Source: Patellaria atrata CBS 101060
Taxonomy: Eukaryota
Direction of reading: 5' to 3'
Assembly (NCBI GenBank): GCA_010093705.1
Contig: MU006098.1
Coordinates: 634,666-698,665 of the forward strand
Length of the DNA: 64,000 bases
Positions 11,383-24,241 of this stretch are shown in pieces (positions within the stretch are counted from its first letter, which is position 1; each line of letters starts with the position of its first letter). A program made the position numbers and the translations under genes. Under the pieces are notes generated by a model. The model did not search any database. It was not told where the DNA came from and worked only from the letters and a program-made list of their open reading frames with translations.

Positions 11383-12573
11383 CTATTCCTTTCCACACTC
11401 CTCCGCCCTAAGCCGCGGATCTCTCCCGCGACGTATAGAATCCTGCCTCCACTCCTCCAACTGCTTCCGGAGCGGGTCGACGAGCCTCTCCAACTCTTCT
11501 TTCCTACCACCCAGCGGTTTCTCCAACTGAGTAATCTCCTCTCCACTCTCCCCCCTATATTTTGCCTCTAAAATGGTCTCTTCCATCTCATGAATAAAAT
11601 CCAACTCCTTCTCCCACTTCCTCAGACTATACCTCTGCTCGAACCACGCATTGAACCTCTCCTCGCCGCCAAAACACACCCCAAACCCATCGCAGTAACA
11701 GATATGCATTTTGGGGCAGTGGATACTCTGCCCCGAAAATGCGAACTGCCATATATACTCCCACACCCTGCCGGCGACATAGTCGCTCAGTGAGGTTTTG
11801 AGGAGCCAGGAACGGTACCACACCCACTGTTCCAATGGAACACTTCGTATTCTCTCCCCGCTCACAGCAAACTGCGCACAGCACGGTTGCGCCAGGGTAT
11901 GCGGCAATGGGGCCCTGGGGCCGAAAATCTCGCTCCACACAGTTTTCAGAATGTCTTGCTCGGGCTTATCTTCATCTGGGCCCGCATTCGGTTGGATCCA
12001 GGCTGGACACCCAGGATCCCAGTGGCACCGGAGGTTCATGTATCCCTCTCTTTGCACGCGGTGGGGGTTCAGGTTCTTTACCATCTCGATCGCGTCGTAG
12101 TCGAGGAGCTCGTCGTTGTGCCATGCTTGCCTATGCGCGTGCATGAACACTGTGACGTCGGGGAGGGAAGCGTAGTTGTCGATTATATACGTCAGGTAAA
12201 TCATTGCTTCGTGACCTTTGTTTTGCGGGGGGTGTAGCGGGGCGGAGGGGTCGTCGGCGGTGTAGATTGCGAGTTGCAGGTTGGGAAGGGTGGAGAGTTC
12301 CGATGTCCAGGAGACATCGTCTTCGAGGGTACGGCCAAGGACCAGAGTTATGGTGAAGTTGTGGGTGGCAGGAAGGGGGGTTCCAGGATGGAAGGTGGGT
12401 TGAAGAGCCGGGGAAGTGGGAGGGCCTTGGGAGAGCAGGAGGGTTGGTTGATGGCGGTTGAGGGACTCATCTTGGACGGATTGAGGAAGATCGGAATGGT
12501 TTGAATAGAGAATGAGAAGAAGTATGGATGTTGAGAGGATGAGGAGAAATATGAATCGATGACGCGCTGGCAT
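11383..12573 (-). CDS. DUF3431 family type II membrane protein
   Basis: N-terminal TM anchor. Motifs NKGHEAMIYLTYIIDNY, FMHAHRQAWHND, GYMNLRCHWDPGC, QPCCAQFAVS and GRVWEYIWQ are characteristic of fungal DUF3431. Confidence 0.9.
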   Translation of the reverse strand: MPARHRFIFLLILSTSILLLILYSNHSDLPQSVQDESLNRHQPTLLLSQGPPTSPALQPTFHPGTPLPATHNFTITLVLGRTLEDDVSWTSELSTLPNLQLAIYTADDPSAPLHPPQNKGHEAMIYLTYIIDNYASLPDVTVFMHAHRQAWHNDELLDYDAIEMVKNLNPHRVQREGYMNLRCHWDPGCPAWIQPNAGPDEDKPEQDILKTVWSEIFGPRAPLPHTLAQPCCAQFAVSGERIRSVPLEQWVWYRSWLLKTSLSDYVAGRVWEYIWQFAFSGQSIHCPKMHICYCDGFGVCFGGEERFNAWFEQRYSLRKWEKELDFIHEMEETILEAKYRGESGEEITQLEKPLGGRKEELERLVDPLRKQLEEWRQDSIRRGRDPRLRAEECGKE

Positions 12574-13361
12574 TGTTTGTTGATGTTGAGATCGCCGTCG
12601 CTATGCGGGATGCCGCGGATTTTAGTAGTTACATCTCCTTGCAGAGCGAATAACGTAGGCGAAATTGATAACTATGAGATTTTATAGGTATTACGGAAAG
12701 ATCATGATAGAACATAGCCGATTAAACATAAATTTGATGAAAATGGTAGTTGTACAATAGAAAGTCGCAATGCAGTTGTACAGTACAGTACCATACAGTA
12801 ACGTTACACTATATTCGGAGATGAGCTTGCATGCCTTCTACGTGTAGGGTACGTAAGCTTTGACTTTACGCGCATAACTGAAGGTAAACTGGAAATAGTG
12901 TATAGCTCATAATGCCCTAAGAAGAGGGAAGTCGTAAAAGGATGAAGACGGATATGCAACAAACAAGTGCTCTCGAAACAGCGGACATCCCAAATTCACC
13001 TCCACCTTCCCCTCCACTAGGGTTCTACCCACTGCTTTTGTCGTGATATAACCAATCAGGGCACATATTACATTAGAACTTTTCAATTCGACAGATACCC
13101 GCAGCTTAAATATACATTTCCGTATCCACCGAATGCAAAAGGACCAAGGAATCCCAAGATATCCCTGAAAGCACCTGGATCGATGTGATTGCGCCGGTGC
13201 TCCGGCAGCCGCCCACAGCATGAAGATCATACAATATCCACCAAGAAGTATCAGTCCTGGAAGAGATGAGAACGTGAATGAAGGGAAATGACGAAGAAAA
13301 GGATATACAGCCCCGGATCACTCCGTCACCATTACTCCCACCCCTTCATCTAGCACACGTA

Positions 13362-16300
13362 CTAATACATCCTCCTTCTTCTCTTCTTCTTACTTACCAC
13401 TGGTACTTTGACCTGCCCCTCCTCCTCTGGGGCATTTGGGACGTCTCCCATGTCCTCATCCACCAGTCCATCCAACTCGTCATCATCAAGCTCGCTCAGC
13501 TCCTCGCTCATACCTCTTAGTACCTCTCGTCCTGTCCATCTTTCATCGTGTATATGTGTACCAACCGGGTCGAAAGGTTCCAAATACCACGGGACTCCAC
13601 CATGCACTAATGGAGCTAAGAGATCCTTCTCGAAGCGTGGTGGTGTCAAAGGATCGGGATTTATGGCTGAGTGTAATGTGCTGGAGTTCGACAGCGCCGG
13701 TGCTGAATTCGGGCTGTTGTGGTTATGTTCATTCGAGTCTGCATCATGCATCTCGATGTCTGTGCTGCCGATCGGCAGTGCTGCTTCTCCAGGAATGAGT
13801 TGTAGTCTGATCGCCGCCTCATCGGTGATCTCATCCCGATTTTCGCTGTGATCCCGGGCCGCTACCATACCTTCAGCTGTATCACTATTGCGAAGCACGA
13901 TGTCAGACCCTATTTCAGTACCGCTGACACCGTTTTCCACTGGATGGCTAGCTTCGCGGCTTCGCGTAGTGGACGATATTGTGGGCGCATCTTTCTCGGC
14001 TACATCTTCGGTGGTAGAATAGCGATGAATATTACCATGTAAAATAGCCTCCAGGTCTTTTAGTTCCTTTTCGTAAGGTTTGCCACCTAGTTCAGCTTCT
14101 TTTCGAATAGCATCCTCGAGTGGGCCTTGAATTGCTTTGATGATGCGTTTCGCAAGCTTCTTGAGTTCTTTCTGTTCTGAAGTCAGTGTTTTCTGACCAT
14201 CTTTGACTCCACTCAATTGCTGATGAGCGTCATTGACGTCACTGAGGTTACTGAGACCAGTAACGTTGCTAAACACAGCACCCATGTCTCGTGAGAAAGT
14301 AGACACTGTCGTATAAGATCTTTCCGCAAGCTTCGCTTGTATTTCATCAAATTCTTTCCTAAAAATACCCTTCGGATCAAGACTAAGAACTGTTAGCTTT
14401 AAGTTGTTCAAAATAGTTCTCAGATAGTATCCTTACGTTTGAGCCCTCTCAAGTATCGGTCGCAGAAGCTTTGGAATGGGAAAATACACTACCTCAACGA
14501 TGCTTGAAAGGATGCCAACATCATTAAGTTTTAGTTTCTCCCTTTCTTTGAGCTTCTCGCAGAGTGATCGGACTTTCTCCATTTGTCCCTCCAACATCTC
14601 AGCGAATTCGATACGTCTCTGCAGCTTAGGACCTCCTGCAGCACCCATTGCTGCAAAGTCGCGGCGAGTTATTTCCATAGATGTGAATGTATCCATCTGG
14701 AGTTGTAAGCGCTTGAGAAGTGCTGCGCCCCGACGTGCTTCGCGCTTGAGAGTCCAGTATTTGCACGCTTCTGCAATGAAGTCCTTACGCTTACGGATGG
14801 AAAATCTTGCTAATGAGGTCTCAACATTGTGATAGACAGCGTGAGGCACAACAGGAGCACCTGAGGGTAATCTCCAGACCGCGCGTTGTGACTGTCCCCT
14901 TTTGCGCTTGTTGCTGCCAGACACAGCTGCAGCATCTTCGTGAGCGCCGTACTCATCCCCACCTTCGAGAGATGCTCCAATAGTAGCTGATCCCATTGTC
15001 AAAGCAGTCTGTTGGCTATCTGCCCATCGCCTACCTCTCATTGTATGTCGATAGTAGCTTTTAGCTTCTGCTGTGGCTGTTTCTACATCGTTTTCCCGCC
15101 GCCAGTCTGGAGGCACGTGCTTATCGCACAAGGCCTTTAACACACTAGCATCCATCGTGCCAGGCCCACCGTGAGATGATTTCATTTTGAGAAAGAGCCT
15201 AGCACGACGTGCACAAGTGACATGGAACGCTTGGAAGCAATTCTTGTTTCCACATTGGATACATGCACCCATCTTTTGGTTGCAAATATAGCAATTGAGC
15301 TTCCATCTTGATTTTGGTACTTTTTCGACGTCCATGACCGGCTCCATGAATGCAGTATTGCCAAGACTGACTTCAGGGATCCATATCGAGCATAGTAGAT
15401 GTGCCCACTTGAGCGTATTGGTCTGCTTAAACGCACCATCTACGTTTGGGCAGAAGATGCACGTTGGTGTACCACGGCCGATCAGCTGGCATTTTCGGCA
15501 CATCCACTGTCCCTCTGGAACATAGGGAACACCATAACATTCTTGGTGAACTGCCAAGTCACAGCCATCACAAAATACAATTGCGTTCGAATTATCGCAA
15601 TCACCGTCATCACAGATAGCACATTTCGAATCCTGTTCTTCACCTGCTCCAGCCGGTTCTCCGTTCACAGCAGCTGCAGAAGATGACCGTGGTCGATGGG
15701 TCTGAGGTGGCTTCGGATTAGGTTTAGGTATTCCTTAATATCACGTCAGTATGGTGCTAATGATAAGAATAAAGCAACTTACGTTTCTCTAATGCATGCC
15801 ATTCCTTTTCAATGACAGTCATCGTTATCTCAAAGAAAGCGGGTTTTATCGCTTCTACTTGTTCTTCTTTCCTATGCGCATTGTATGCCTCAAGCCACCT
15901 ATCATCTTGTTCGTCCATATCATATTCGACCCTGCCAATCGGAGCCGGCACTGAGTTTCCTCCGGTAGCGGTCTCTTTATCAGACGCTCCAGCTAACAGA
16001 TCTAGGTCTTCTTCAAGAGAACCTTCCGAATTTCGAACGAGTGATCTCCCTTTCGGAACAAATAAATCACTTTCTTGATACCCTACATTTGCCAGTGTTC
16101 TGTCGACATAGTTCACTTGCACTGACTCATCCTTCTCGTAAGCTTCGAACGGGTGGACCTCCTTCCAGTAAGGTTTCGGTAGAGTCAGCTTCTCTTTCGG
16201 ATTATGTGCGGGTATAGGTTGTATCCTTGGAGCTGGGGGTGAGCCGAGGCCGTTTAGCATATGGCTCGGATTTCGCGGAGGTCGCCCAGGCCTGCGTTTT

Positions 16301-16992
16301 ATAGGTGTGACAAATTTAGGGATGGGCTGGACATTGATTGTATCTTCGTCACGTAGGGTAATAGATTCGTCTTGGTTACCATTTGACGTTATTTGCTGCG
16401 CCAACAATGCCTGATCTATGGCAGACGCTGCACCACTTTCAGTAGCCAAATGGTTATTTTGATATAGAAAATTGCTGTTAAGAGGAGTAGATGGTTTCGT
16501 ATTGGCAGGGGTATATCCGTCCACTTCATCGGCGGAAAAGGTCATCAAAGGTAAGTCAAGGTCCAAGTCCGGGTGGAATTCTTCCCAACCACGCTCTTCG
16601 CGTGGTTTATAAACATCACTAGCTGCCGCAGCTGCAACCGCAGCAGAACTATATCTAGGTCTTGGAGGAGGTGGAGCCCTTTCCCGTCGGGGCCGGCTGT
16701 ACGTCGTAGGAGGGTTGGGTGTAGCCTTGGGGGATTGTGGCACAACCCCCTTCTCAAGATTCATACGGCCAACACGACCACGAGGGCCAGTGTAGTTGTA
16801 TCCACCAGGGCCACCGCCGCCGACCAGAGTTATGTTTCCATCATCATCAATATATCTTCCTCCACCGCCAGGCCCACCAGGTATATATCGCAGTTTCTTG
16901 TTCGAGGTTTGTTTTACCGAGGTATCGCCGTTGACCTTTCGGGAGGGAGTGCGCGAGGGACGTTTCTTTGGAATCGGGGATACCGGAGCCAT
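13362..16992 (-). CDS. NTO1: NuA3 histone acetyltransferase subunit Nto1 / BRPF-like PHD-finger protein
   Basis: Three exons (introns 15734-15782 and 14383-14436). EPL1-like motif VEYDMDEQDDRWL, PHD finger CAICDDGDCDNSNAIVFCDGCDLAVHQECYG, and PZP zinc knuckle/second PHD. Confidence 0.92.
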
Positions 16993-17134
16993 ATCACTAG
17001 AGTACGAGAGGAGCGCTTCGTTCAGTTTGTATTGATGTTAGTTGAGATCTGTGGAAGTGGCGCGCAAAGATGATCGACGAGGGGGTTAAATGAGGATACC
17101 GTTTGCGCGAGCGCGACGGCGTTTGAACCCACCG

Positions 17135-17141
17135 TGACTCA
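17135..17141. promoter_or_regulatory. Perfect Gcn4/CpcA (AP-1-type) site TGACTCA in the NTO1/cystinosin divergent intergenic region
   Basis: Exact heptamer match. Function is unproven and a single heptamer can occur by chance. Confidence 0.3.
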
Positions 17142-17730
17142 TGAGTGTGCGCCCATGAATAACGTGAGGTTATCGGAATCTCTGTAGAGGTAAACGAGAA
17201 CAGGAAGTGCCAAGTCCGTCAAATGTCGCGTTGAAGATACAGTTGACGATGGAGGTGGTGATTAAGCGTGATGTTGAACTTGAAGAAGAGTCTTGGCAAG
17301 GCTAATCTATATTTGGATAGCGTTTGATGATCGCTGCAGAAAGGCGAGAGCTGGTTCTTGTCCGATGCAAACAGATGCATTTCAGGGTCAGAAACAAGCA
17401 TTTCGAAGAAAGCTGTTCAGATTGATCGTTTTCTTCCAGGTACCCGGAGGACTTACCTTAGCATAACGCCTGCCTCCGCTATCTGCTGACCTGCCAACTT
17501 GTCTGTATAACAAAGCCCTTATGTCTCACCCTTTCCTGTTATATTCTATCATGCGCTGCTGACATCTCTCTACACCGTATTTCTCGTCTTCATTATCAGA
17601 ATTGTTCATCACTCTACTGTTGAACTCATGATAGCTACGTGCAACTCGTTACAGCATACGCATCAACTACCTTTTATCCCTTTATTGTACAAGTACTACA
17701 CCATTATTCTACTCTTAAGGGATTATCAAG

Positions 17731-18758
17731 ATGATGGATTCTGAGGGTGTTGTGTTCCTCAAAGCAGTTTCGACGTAGGCGCCAAACCAATCTTTGAAAT
17801 TTTGATTAAGATAACAGGCTAACAAACGTAGCCTTTGTGGTTGGTCTTAGTATGATAACTTCTTTATTAAGTTGCAGACAACATGTTATATTGATATTAT
17901 GCTAGTTTTCTCGCGTGGTCCCTCTCTTTCTATCCTCAACCTTTCAAGAATTATATGCGTGGTTCTACGTCCGGTTTGACGTTCGATTTCCCTTTCATCA
18001 ATACCCTTGGTTTCGCATCGTACACCATCACTCAAGGCTGCCTTCTTTTTTCGCCTACAATACGAGCACAATATGCCAGCCGGCACCCAGCTTCTCCAAA
18101 ACCGACTGTGCAAGTCAACGATTTCGTATTCGCTTTACATGGATTCATTCTGTGTGTTATCACATACACCCAATTCTATCCCTGTATATGGGGATTGAAA
18201 GTCAGTTCGAGGACAAGAGCGAGTCGCCCGACGACCATAATCTTTTGGGGGTGTATAGCAGCAGTGCTATTAGCATGTTTCGTTGTCGAAGTGCATGGGA
18301 AAAACGGAGGCTACGACCCGAAAGGACTTGCATGGATTGATGTTGTGAGTGTCTCCCGATCAGAGCCTTCTATCTAGTACTTATTTGTCATCAAGATAAT
18401 CGTGCTGGGCTATGTGAAGCTTGTCGCAACACTCGTGAAGTACATCCCGCAAGTTAACAGTAATTATAGGAGGAAATCAACCGTTGGCTGGAGTATCGGG
18501 CAGATCCTCCTCGATGTTTCGGGCAGTATTCTGTCACTCCTGCAGCTTGTGATTGATTCTTCCCTTCAGGCGGATTGGTCAGGGATTACAGGCAACACAC
18601 CAAAACTGTTCCTTGCCAATATCACTTTGGTGTTCGATGCCATTTTCTTAACCCAACATTTTATCCTTTATAAAGATGCCACTAGCTCTAACGAGACATA
18701 TGAGGAGAGCGATTCGGATGACGATGTTACACAAGCGCAACCGTTACTTTCGGGTTGA
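17731..18758 (+). CDS. ERS1: Cystinosin/ERS1-family PQ-loop vacuolar cystine transporter
   Basis: Spliced product [32 protein letters not shown]... uses an 18-nt exon at 17832-17849. Second PQ loop [20 protein letters not shown]. Acidic C-terminal tail ending in a dileucine (QPLL). Confidence 0.9.
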
Positions 18759-20536
18759 TATGTCTTGTAGAAACGACTTTTGTTTGTAACCTCGAGCCAG
18801 GGTAGATAATTTAGAGTACACTTGAGTGCTAGATACAACAGATGTAGTTATACTCTGACCTATCAGCCTCGATATTCCTCAGACTTTGTACGGTTTTTAA
18901 ATTTACTACTGGTAGGCCGTTGAGCGTGTAGTATCAAAAGAGCTCTACTGTCAGTACGGCCACGTCTGTATACGACTGAGAGTATTCCATATGCTCTCGA
19001 TTCCCCAAGAGCACACAAATCAACATCATAGGTTATTTGTGTACTACGCACTCCGCGTACGTCTTCGTCTTTCAGTGTGTTAAAATCAGAGATGAATAAC
19101 GAATTAGTGTATAGTACCATAGGTGAGAATATTCCTGGCAAGGGATAAGTACCATAGTGAAGGAGAAGATTACGTCGTGTCACGACAACACGATATTCAT
19201 CGCATTGTTCAGTTACATCAATCAAGCACTTTCACCTGAATCAGGCTGTTTCCTCCGATCCATATACTGTTATATTATAAGGGATCTTCATCTTTTCTGA
19301 GTATAGAGATTTCGATCCCGCGACTGTAGGACGATATTCCGTTAAGGGCCTCGGTTATAAACTTCGACGTCTTGACTCGGAAGAACTAACTAGTGCTCAA
19401 ACTTACCAAACACTAAAAGGACGTACCTGTGACGGAGGTTACGGTTCAACACAGTATTCGCCCAAAGCAGACATGATAAAGCGATCCAAAGCCGGGGTAA
19501 GGGGGTAGGTTATGATCTCCACATGGGTGCCACGGGGATTTGGTACCTGAAATCCGCACATCTTAAGGCCAACCATTCTTACCGCCACGGACGCGCTTCA
19601 AAGGGGTGGTAGCTTTTAGCAAATATGTGCTAACGTTCGCGCTCTCAATCCCTCACTCTCCCGATCTTGACCGCGGTCAACATCGTCAATAGAAACTCCG
19701 TGGATCGCGAGGATTTAAGCCTTCGAAGGTATGTCATTTTCTGATATTTTCTTCACGTTTAGATGATAATTGAGATGATCTGCATATATCCCCTGAATCA
19801 CAATTTTCTCGGCAGCGCATGTATGTGGCGTTTCATGATGCTTCGTTCATGTTTTCATGCATCGTCCCTTTCGCGGGGAAATGCCATTTTTCACTCTTGC
19901 TTTTGACGCGTTTGTTGGGGATTCTCAAGTTGTTTAAAGCACAAGCTATATTTGAGCCATGATATATGCAAACGAACTGAGGACTGACACAATAATTAGC
20001 GATAGATATTTACCTTTCACTTAAGGAGGCGACTTCAGCTTCGTCATTGAGCACAGCCTAGTTCATCGACTGATAGAACGTTAACGGCAAAGCAGAGAGT
20101 CCAAGAGTCCACAGACAGTTTTTCAATTATCCATCATAGCTCCGCATTAGATCGATCGGTAGTATTCGTAGTGTTGCTTCTACTGCAGTATGCATGAGTA
20201 GTTCACACTCGATGCAAAAGGCTTCCCGTTTTAATCTGAAGATCGAAACTATATCCACGTTGCCGGGTCCAAGGGGTCCATCTCAAGATTTCTTCAACTT
20301 AAGACCCTAGTCTCTCTGCCAAAAACGGTCGACAGATCTTGACGGCTAACTCGATGGGAGAGTCAGAGCTCAAGTCGACTAGGGACGAGACGCTGGTTGA
20401 GCATTCAACAGTGGTACGTGTATTACCCGAAACGTGTGTTCCCCAAGCTTAGTGTCATGTAACATCATGCGAGACCAAACCCATAAAGAGGGATGTTTGC
20501 CCCAAGAATCATTAAGAAAATTTCCCTTCACACACA

Positions 20537-22924
20537 ATGGCTCCATTCCGTGATATCAAGAAAAAGCGTTCTGCTTACAGCATTTTTCGACAGTATCCCG
20601 TAGCATCATCTAAACAATCCGGTGTATCAAAGGATGATTCGCGCCCAGTGACTGCGTTGAATGATTCTCCAATTCGAGCCGCCAGTCCCAAGGTACCACG
20701 ACCGAATTATGTTGCCAATTCAACAGTGAGAGACTTCCAGGAGACTCTCAATCCAGAACATCAACTGCAACCACCACGAACTCCAGTTCAAGACCAAACC
20801 ACACCTCACAACCTTCAGGTCGGTCTATCATCTGACGATGATGATGATGAGGTCACCACTCCTCCACAAGAGTTAACCCCTCGCGGAATACACATTCCAT
20901 CAAGAACGAGGTTAGAATTCAATCTAAAAGATTTTCGATAACGTTACTTACCTCTATTGGCGTAATAGTAGTGCGCAGAAGATTAAGAAGAGATTTCGCC
21001 CATCCAGTCGTAGCCAAAGCCGTCAGACCAGCTATTCTCTCCCCACGACCCCAGATTCCTATCCTAAAAGCTCGAGAGATTCTATTTTTTCGACCGAGAC
21101 TAGTATAACGGCTCCATCTGAACTTCCAGCATTACAGGCGAATACTTTGCCTGCTGAGGAAGCTTACAAGCTTGAACCGTTGGTTGAAGATGACCCTAAG
21201 TCCTACGATCTAATAGCTGCCGCGGATCTCGAAAACAGTAAGGAGTATTCCCTGGAAAGACGTTCAGAACAATTGTTTTCCCGCCAGCACCTCGAAGCTA
21301 TATTTGCCGACTCGGCCCAATTACAGAGGTTCACAGACTTTCTAGGGACAAAACGGTCTTCATCCATACCCGTGCTCATCTACTATCTCGATGCCCTGAA
21401 AGCGCTCAGGGCGATCAATTACGCCAATGCAGTTGCAGAAGCGCTGGAACCAATGGAAGGACACGAATTCTCAGAACATCCAGCAAGACCCACGGTAAAC
21501 TCTATTCTTGAAGAAAAGGCTGATAAAGCTTTCGAAGCTTTAGTCAAGGACGAGTTGCCCGCCTTTATAACCCACACTTTTACTGAGCTTGTGAGTGAGA
21601 GTATACACAGACGCATCACGGGGACATTACCTCCGCACCTGCGCGAAGCATCTGAAGGACTTGCGGAAGTATTTTGTCTCTCGGATCCCTCGCGACCAGA
21701 CAATCCTTTAGTGTTCGCTTCGGAAGGTAAGCTTACTGTTACTGTACTTTCGATCACTCATTAATCCTAGGCTAGAATTCCACCGCACGACACAGTATGG
21801 TGTTAGTTATGCTGTTGGGCGAAACTGTCGCTTTCTTCAGGGTCCGAAGACAAACCGGAACAGTGTTAGCAGGTTGAGAGACGCTATAAATGCTGGGAAG
21901 GAGGTCAGCGAGGTCTTCTTAAACTAGTAAGTCATTCACTTCACGCAAATACTGAATGATTCTGACGATAATCAGCCGTCGTGATGGGTCACCTTTCATG
22001 AATCTTTTAATGGTTGCACCTTTACTAGATTCCAAAGGAACTCTTCGTTATTTTATCGGTGCACAAGTCGATGTAAGCGGACTTGTCAAAGACTGCTCGG
22101 ATTTACCTGCTTTGAAGGCAATGCTGGAGAAGGACGACGCCAGCATCGTCGAGGATAAAGAAGAGACGGAAATAGACGAGTTCCAACGATTGTCAGAAAT
22201 GTTCAATCTTACGGAGCTGGATACCGTCCGACGTTACGGCGGACGCATGCACCGACAACAGATTGATGAAATCGATGACGCCGCCTCTATTATCCACCGT
22301 CCCCGTCTATTGCTGAAGCACTCTAGCCACGAGGAGTTCTCGAGACGAGCTAGTGTCGATAGCCGCAAGATGGGAAAGCTACAAGGCGTCTATCAGCACG
22401 TAAGTGACTCTAATACCCACTAAGTCCTCCCAATGACTGACGTATATCAGTACCTGCTTGTTCGCCCGTACCCTTCTCTAAGAATTCTCTTCACATCCCC
22501 ATCCCTCCGCGTTCCAGGTATCATGCAATCCCCTTTCCTGTCTCGTATTGGTAACCAAGGCCGCGTGCGGGAAGAGCTAGTCGCCGCTCTCGCAGAAGGC
22601 CGTGGCGTCACAGCTAAGGTCCGCTGGATGTCCTCAAGCGGGAATGAAGGCCGTAACCGTTGGATTCATTGCACCCCCTTACTTGGTAACAATGGCGGGG
22701 TAGGCGTATGGATGATCGTCATCGTGGATGATGAGAGTAGCTTAGCTGGTCGCAAGTTTCGTCAGGCGCCGCCGGTTGAGGCGCCGGTTGGTAGAAAGGT
22801 GAGGAGGGATAGAGATGAGTGGATGGGTGAGCATGCTCCGAGCCCGGTTGTTCATAAGGTGAGGTTGGAAGAAGGTTTCAGGCAGGGAAGTGTACATTCA
22901 ATGGACTCGTACGCTCTAGGGTGA
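20537..22924 (+). CDS. LOV-domain flavin photoreceptor of fungal RGS-LOV-DUF architecture
   Basis: Five exons. The short exon ~21776-21926, missed by the ORF track, encodes GRNCRFLQG (21817-21843). It is flanked by FCLSDPSRPDNPLVFAS and NYRRDGSPFMNLL..YFIGAQVDV. The upstream helical region is RGS-like and the C-terminal region is PAS-like. Confidence 0.88.
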
Positions 22925-23472
22925 GTGCTCTGGGGGGTAGTTTGGGATGAGGTTCTAAAAGGAATATTTGCACATGAATTGGATAGGGAATAACATGGAA
23001 GGGCTCTCAGGACATAGAGAGATCATGGAGGTAATATCTGGACGATACCCATTCTGCGATACATCTTCTAGGGAATCTTGTACTGTACATTGGTTCTACG
23101 AATTGGTATAGTACAGCATCTGGAAACTAGAAATCTGCTTGTACTGTACATATGTTACACGAAATACGAGAGTATGGGAACTGATCTGGAGTCTGTTCCC
23201 TTTTTATATGCGGTTACTGCTGTCTAATATATGCAAGCCCGGGGGCGTATCGTAAATTGGCGAGTCATGGCTTTCCATCTTCACTTTGCGCTCTTGCCCC
23301 ACTGACAGAGCTAAATAAATCATTCTCTCACACATTGATCCCCCTCACCATACCAGCATAAGAGTTTTTGTTCCTATCGTCGGGTATCCACCATAACGCA
23401 CAACCCAATTCCCTTTTTGTAACCGTTACACCCTCCGCAATCACACATCCTCCCCGCACAAAACCGGCAACG

Positions 23473-24241
23473 ATGTGCTCAACACGACCCATGAAATGCT
23501 CAGACCTGTTTAAGATCAACAAGTGCAACCTAGACCCTCTAGTCGAGACTTACAACATCGGCTTCTACCTGGAATATCTGACAAGGTGGCCGATGCTGTG
23601 TCAAGTTATCGAAAACATGCACGGACAGATCGAAGGTTACAGTGAGTCCCTACCTCCTCCCTGATCGAAAGAAAAGAAAAATCCTCAATCGAACTGCCTC
23701 AACCGGCGCGAAGACCAACTTCTATCCCTTCGATATGTGTATTGAAGCTAATGCTAACCCTTCCAGTCCTCGCAAAAACCGAAGCTTCCCCCTTCCCGCC
23801 AAACCCCTCGCCCTACGACCCGAAAACCTGCAGGAACCCGAATTATCTCCCTTGGCATGGGCACGTCACGGCGCTGACGGTAGCACCGGAGTTCCGACGA
23901 CAGGGCCACGCGAGGACGCTCACGGCGGCGTTGGAAAGGGCATGTGAGAGGGAGAATTGCTGGTTTGTGGATCTGTTCGTTAGGGTGGACAATCATACCG
24001 CCATTGCGATGTATCGGAAGATGGGGTGGGTGGATACCTCAAGGTGTTTGATTTAACTAGGAAGAAGGGAGGGTGCTAATGTCTTGTTCGCAGATACACC
24101 GTCTACCGCCGTGTAGTGGGCTACTACAATGACGATACGGATGCCTTCGATATGCGGAAACCGCTTTCCAGGGATAAGGACAAGTTGCACATTCGTAAGG
24201 ACGGAGAGGAGTTTCGCGTCGAACCGAGTGATGTCTGGTGA
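23473..24241 (+). CDS. NAT3: NatB N-terminal acetyltransferase catalytic subunit (Naa20)
   Basis: Motifs NLDPLVETYNIGFYLEYLTRWP, PWHGHVTALTVAPEFRRQG, FVDLFVRVDN, YRRVVGYY and DAFDMRKPLSRD. Two canonical introns. Confidence 0.93.
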
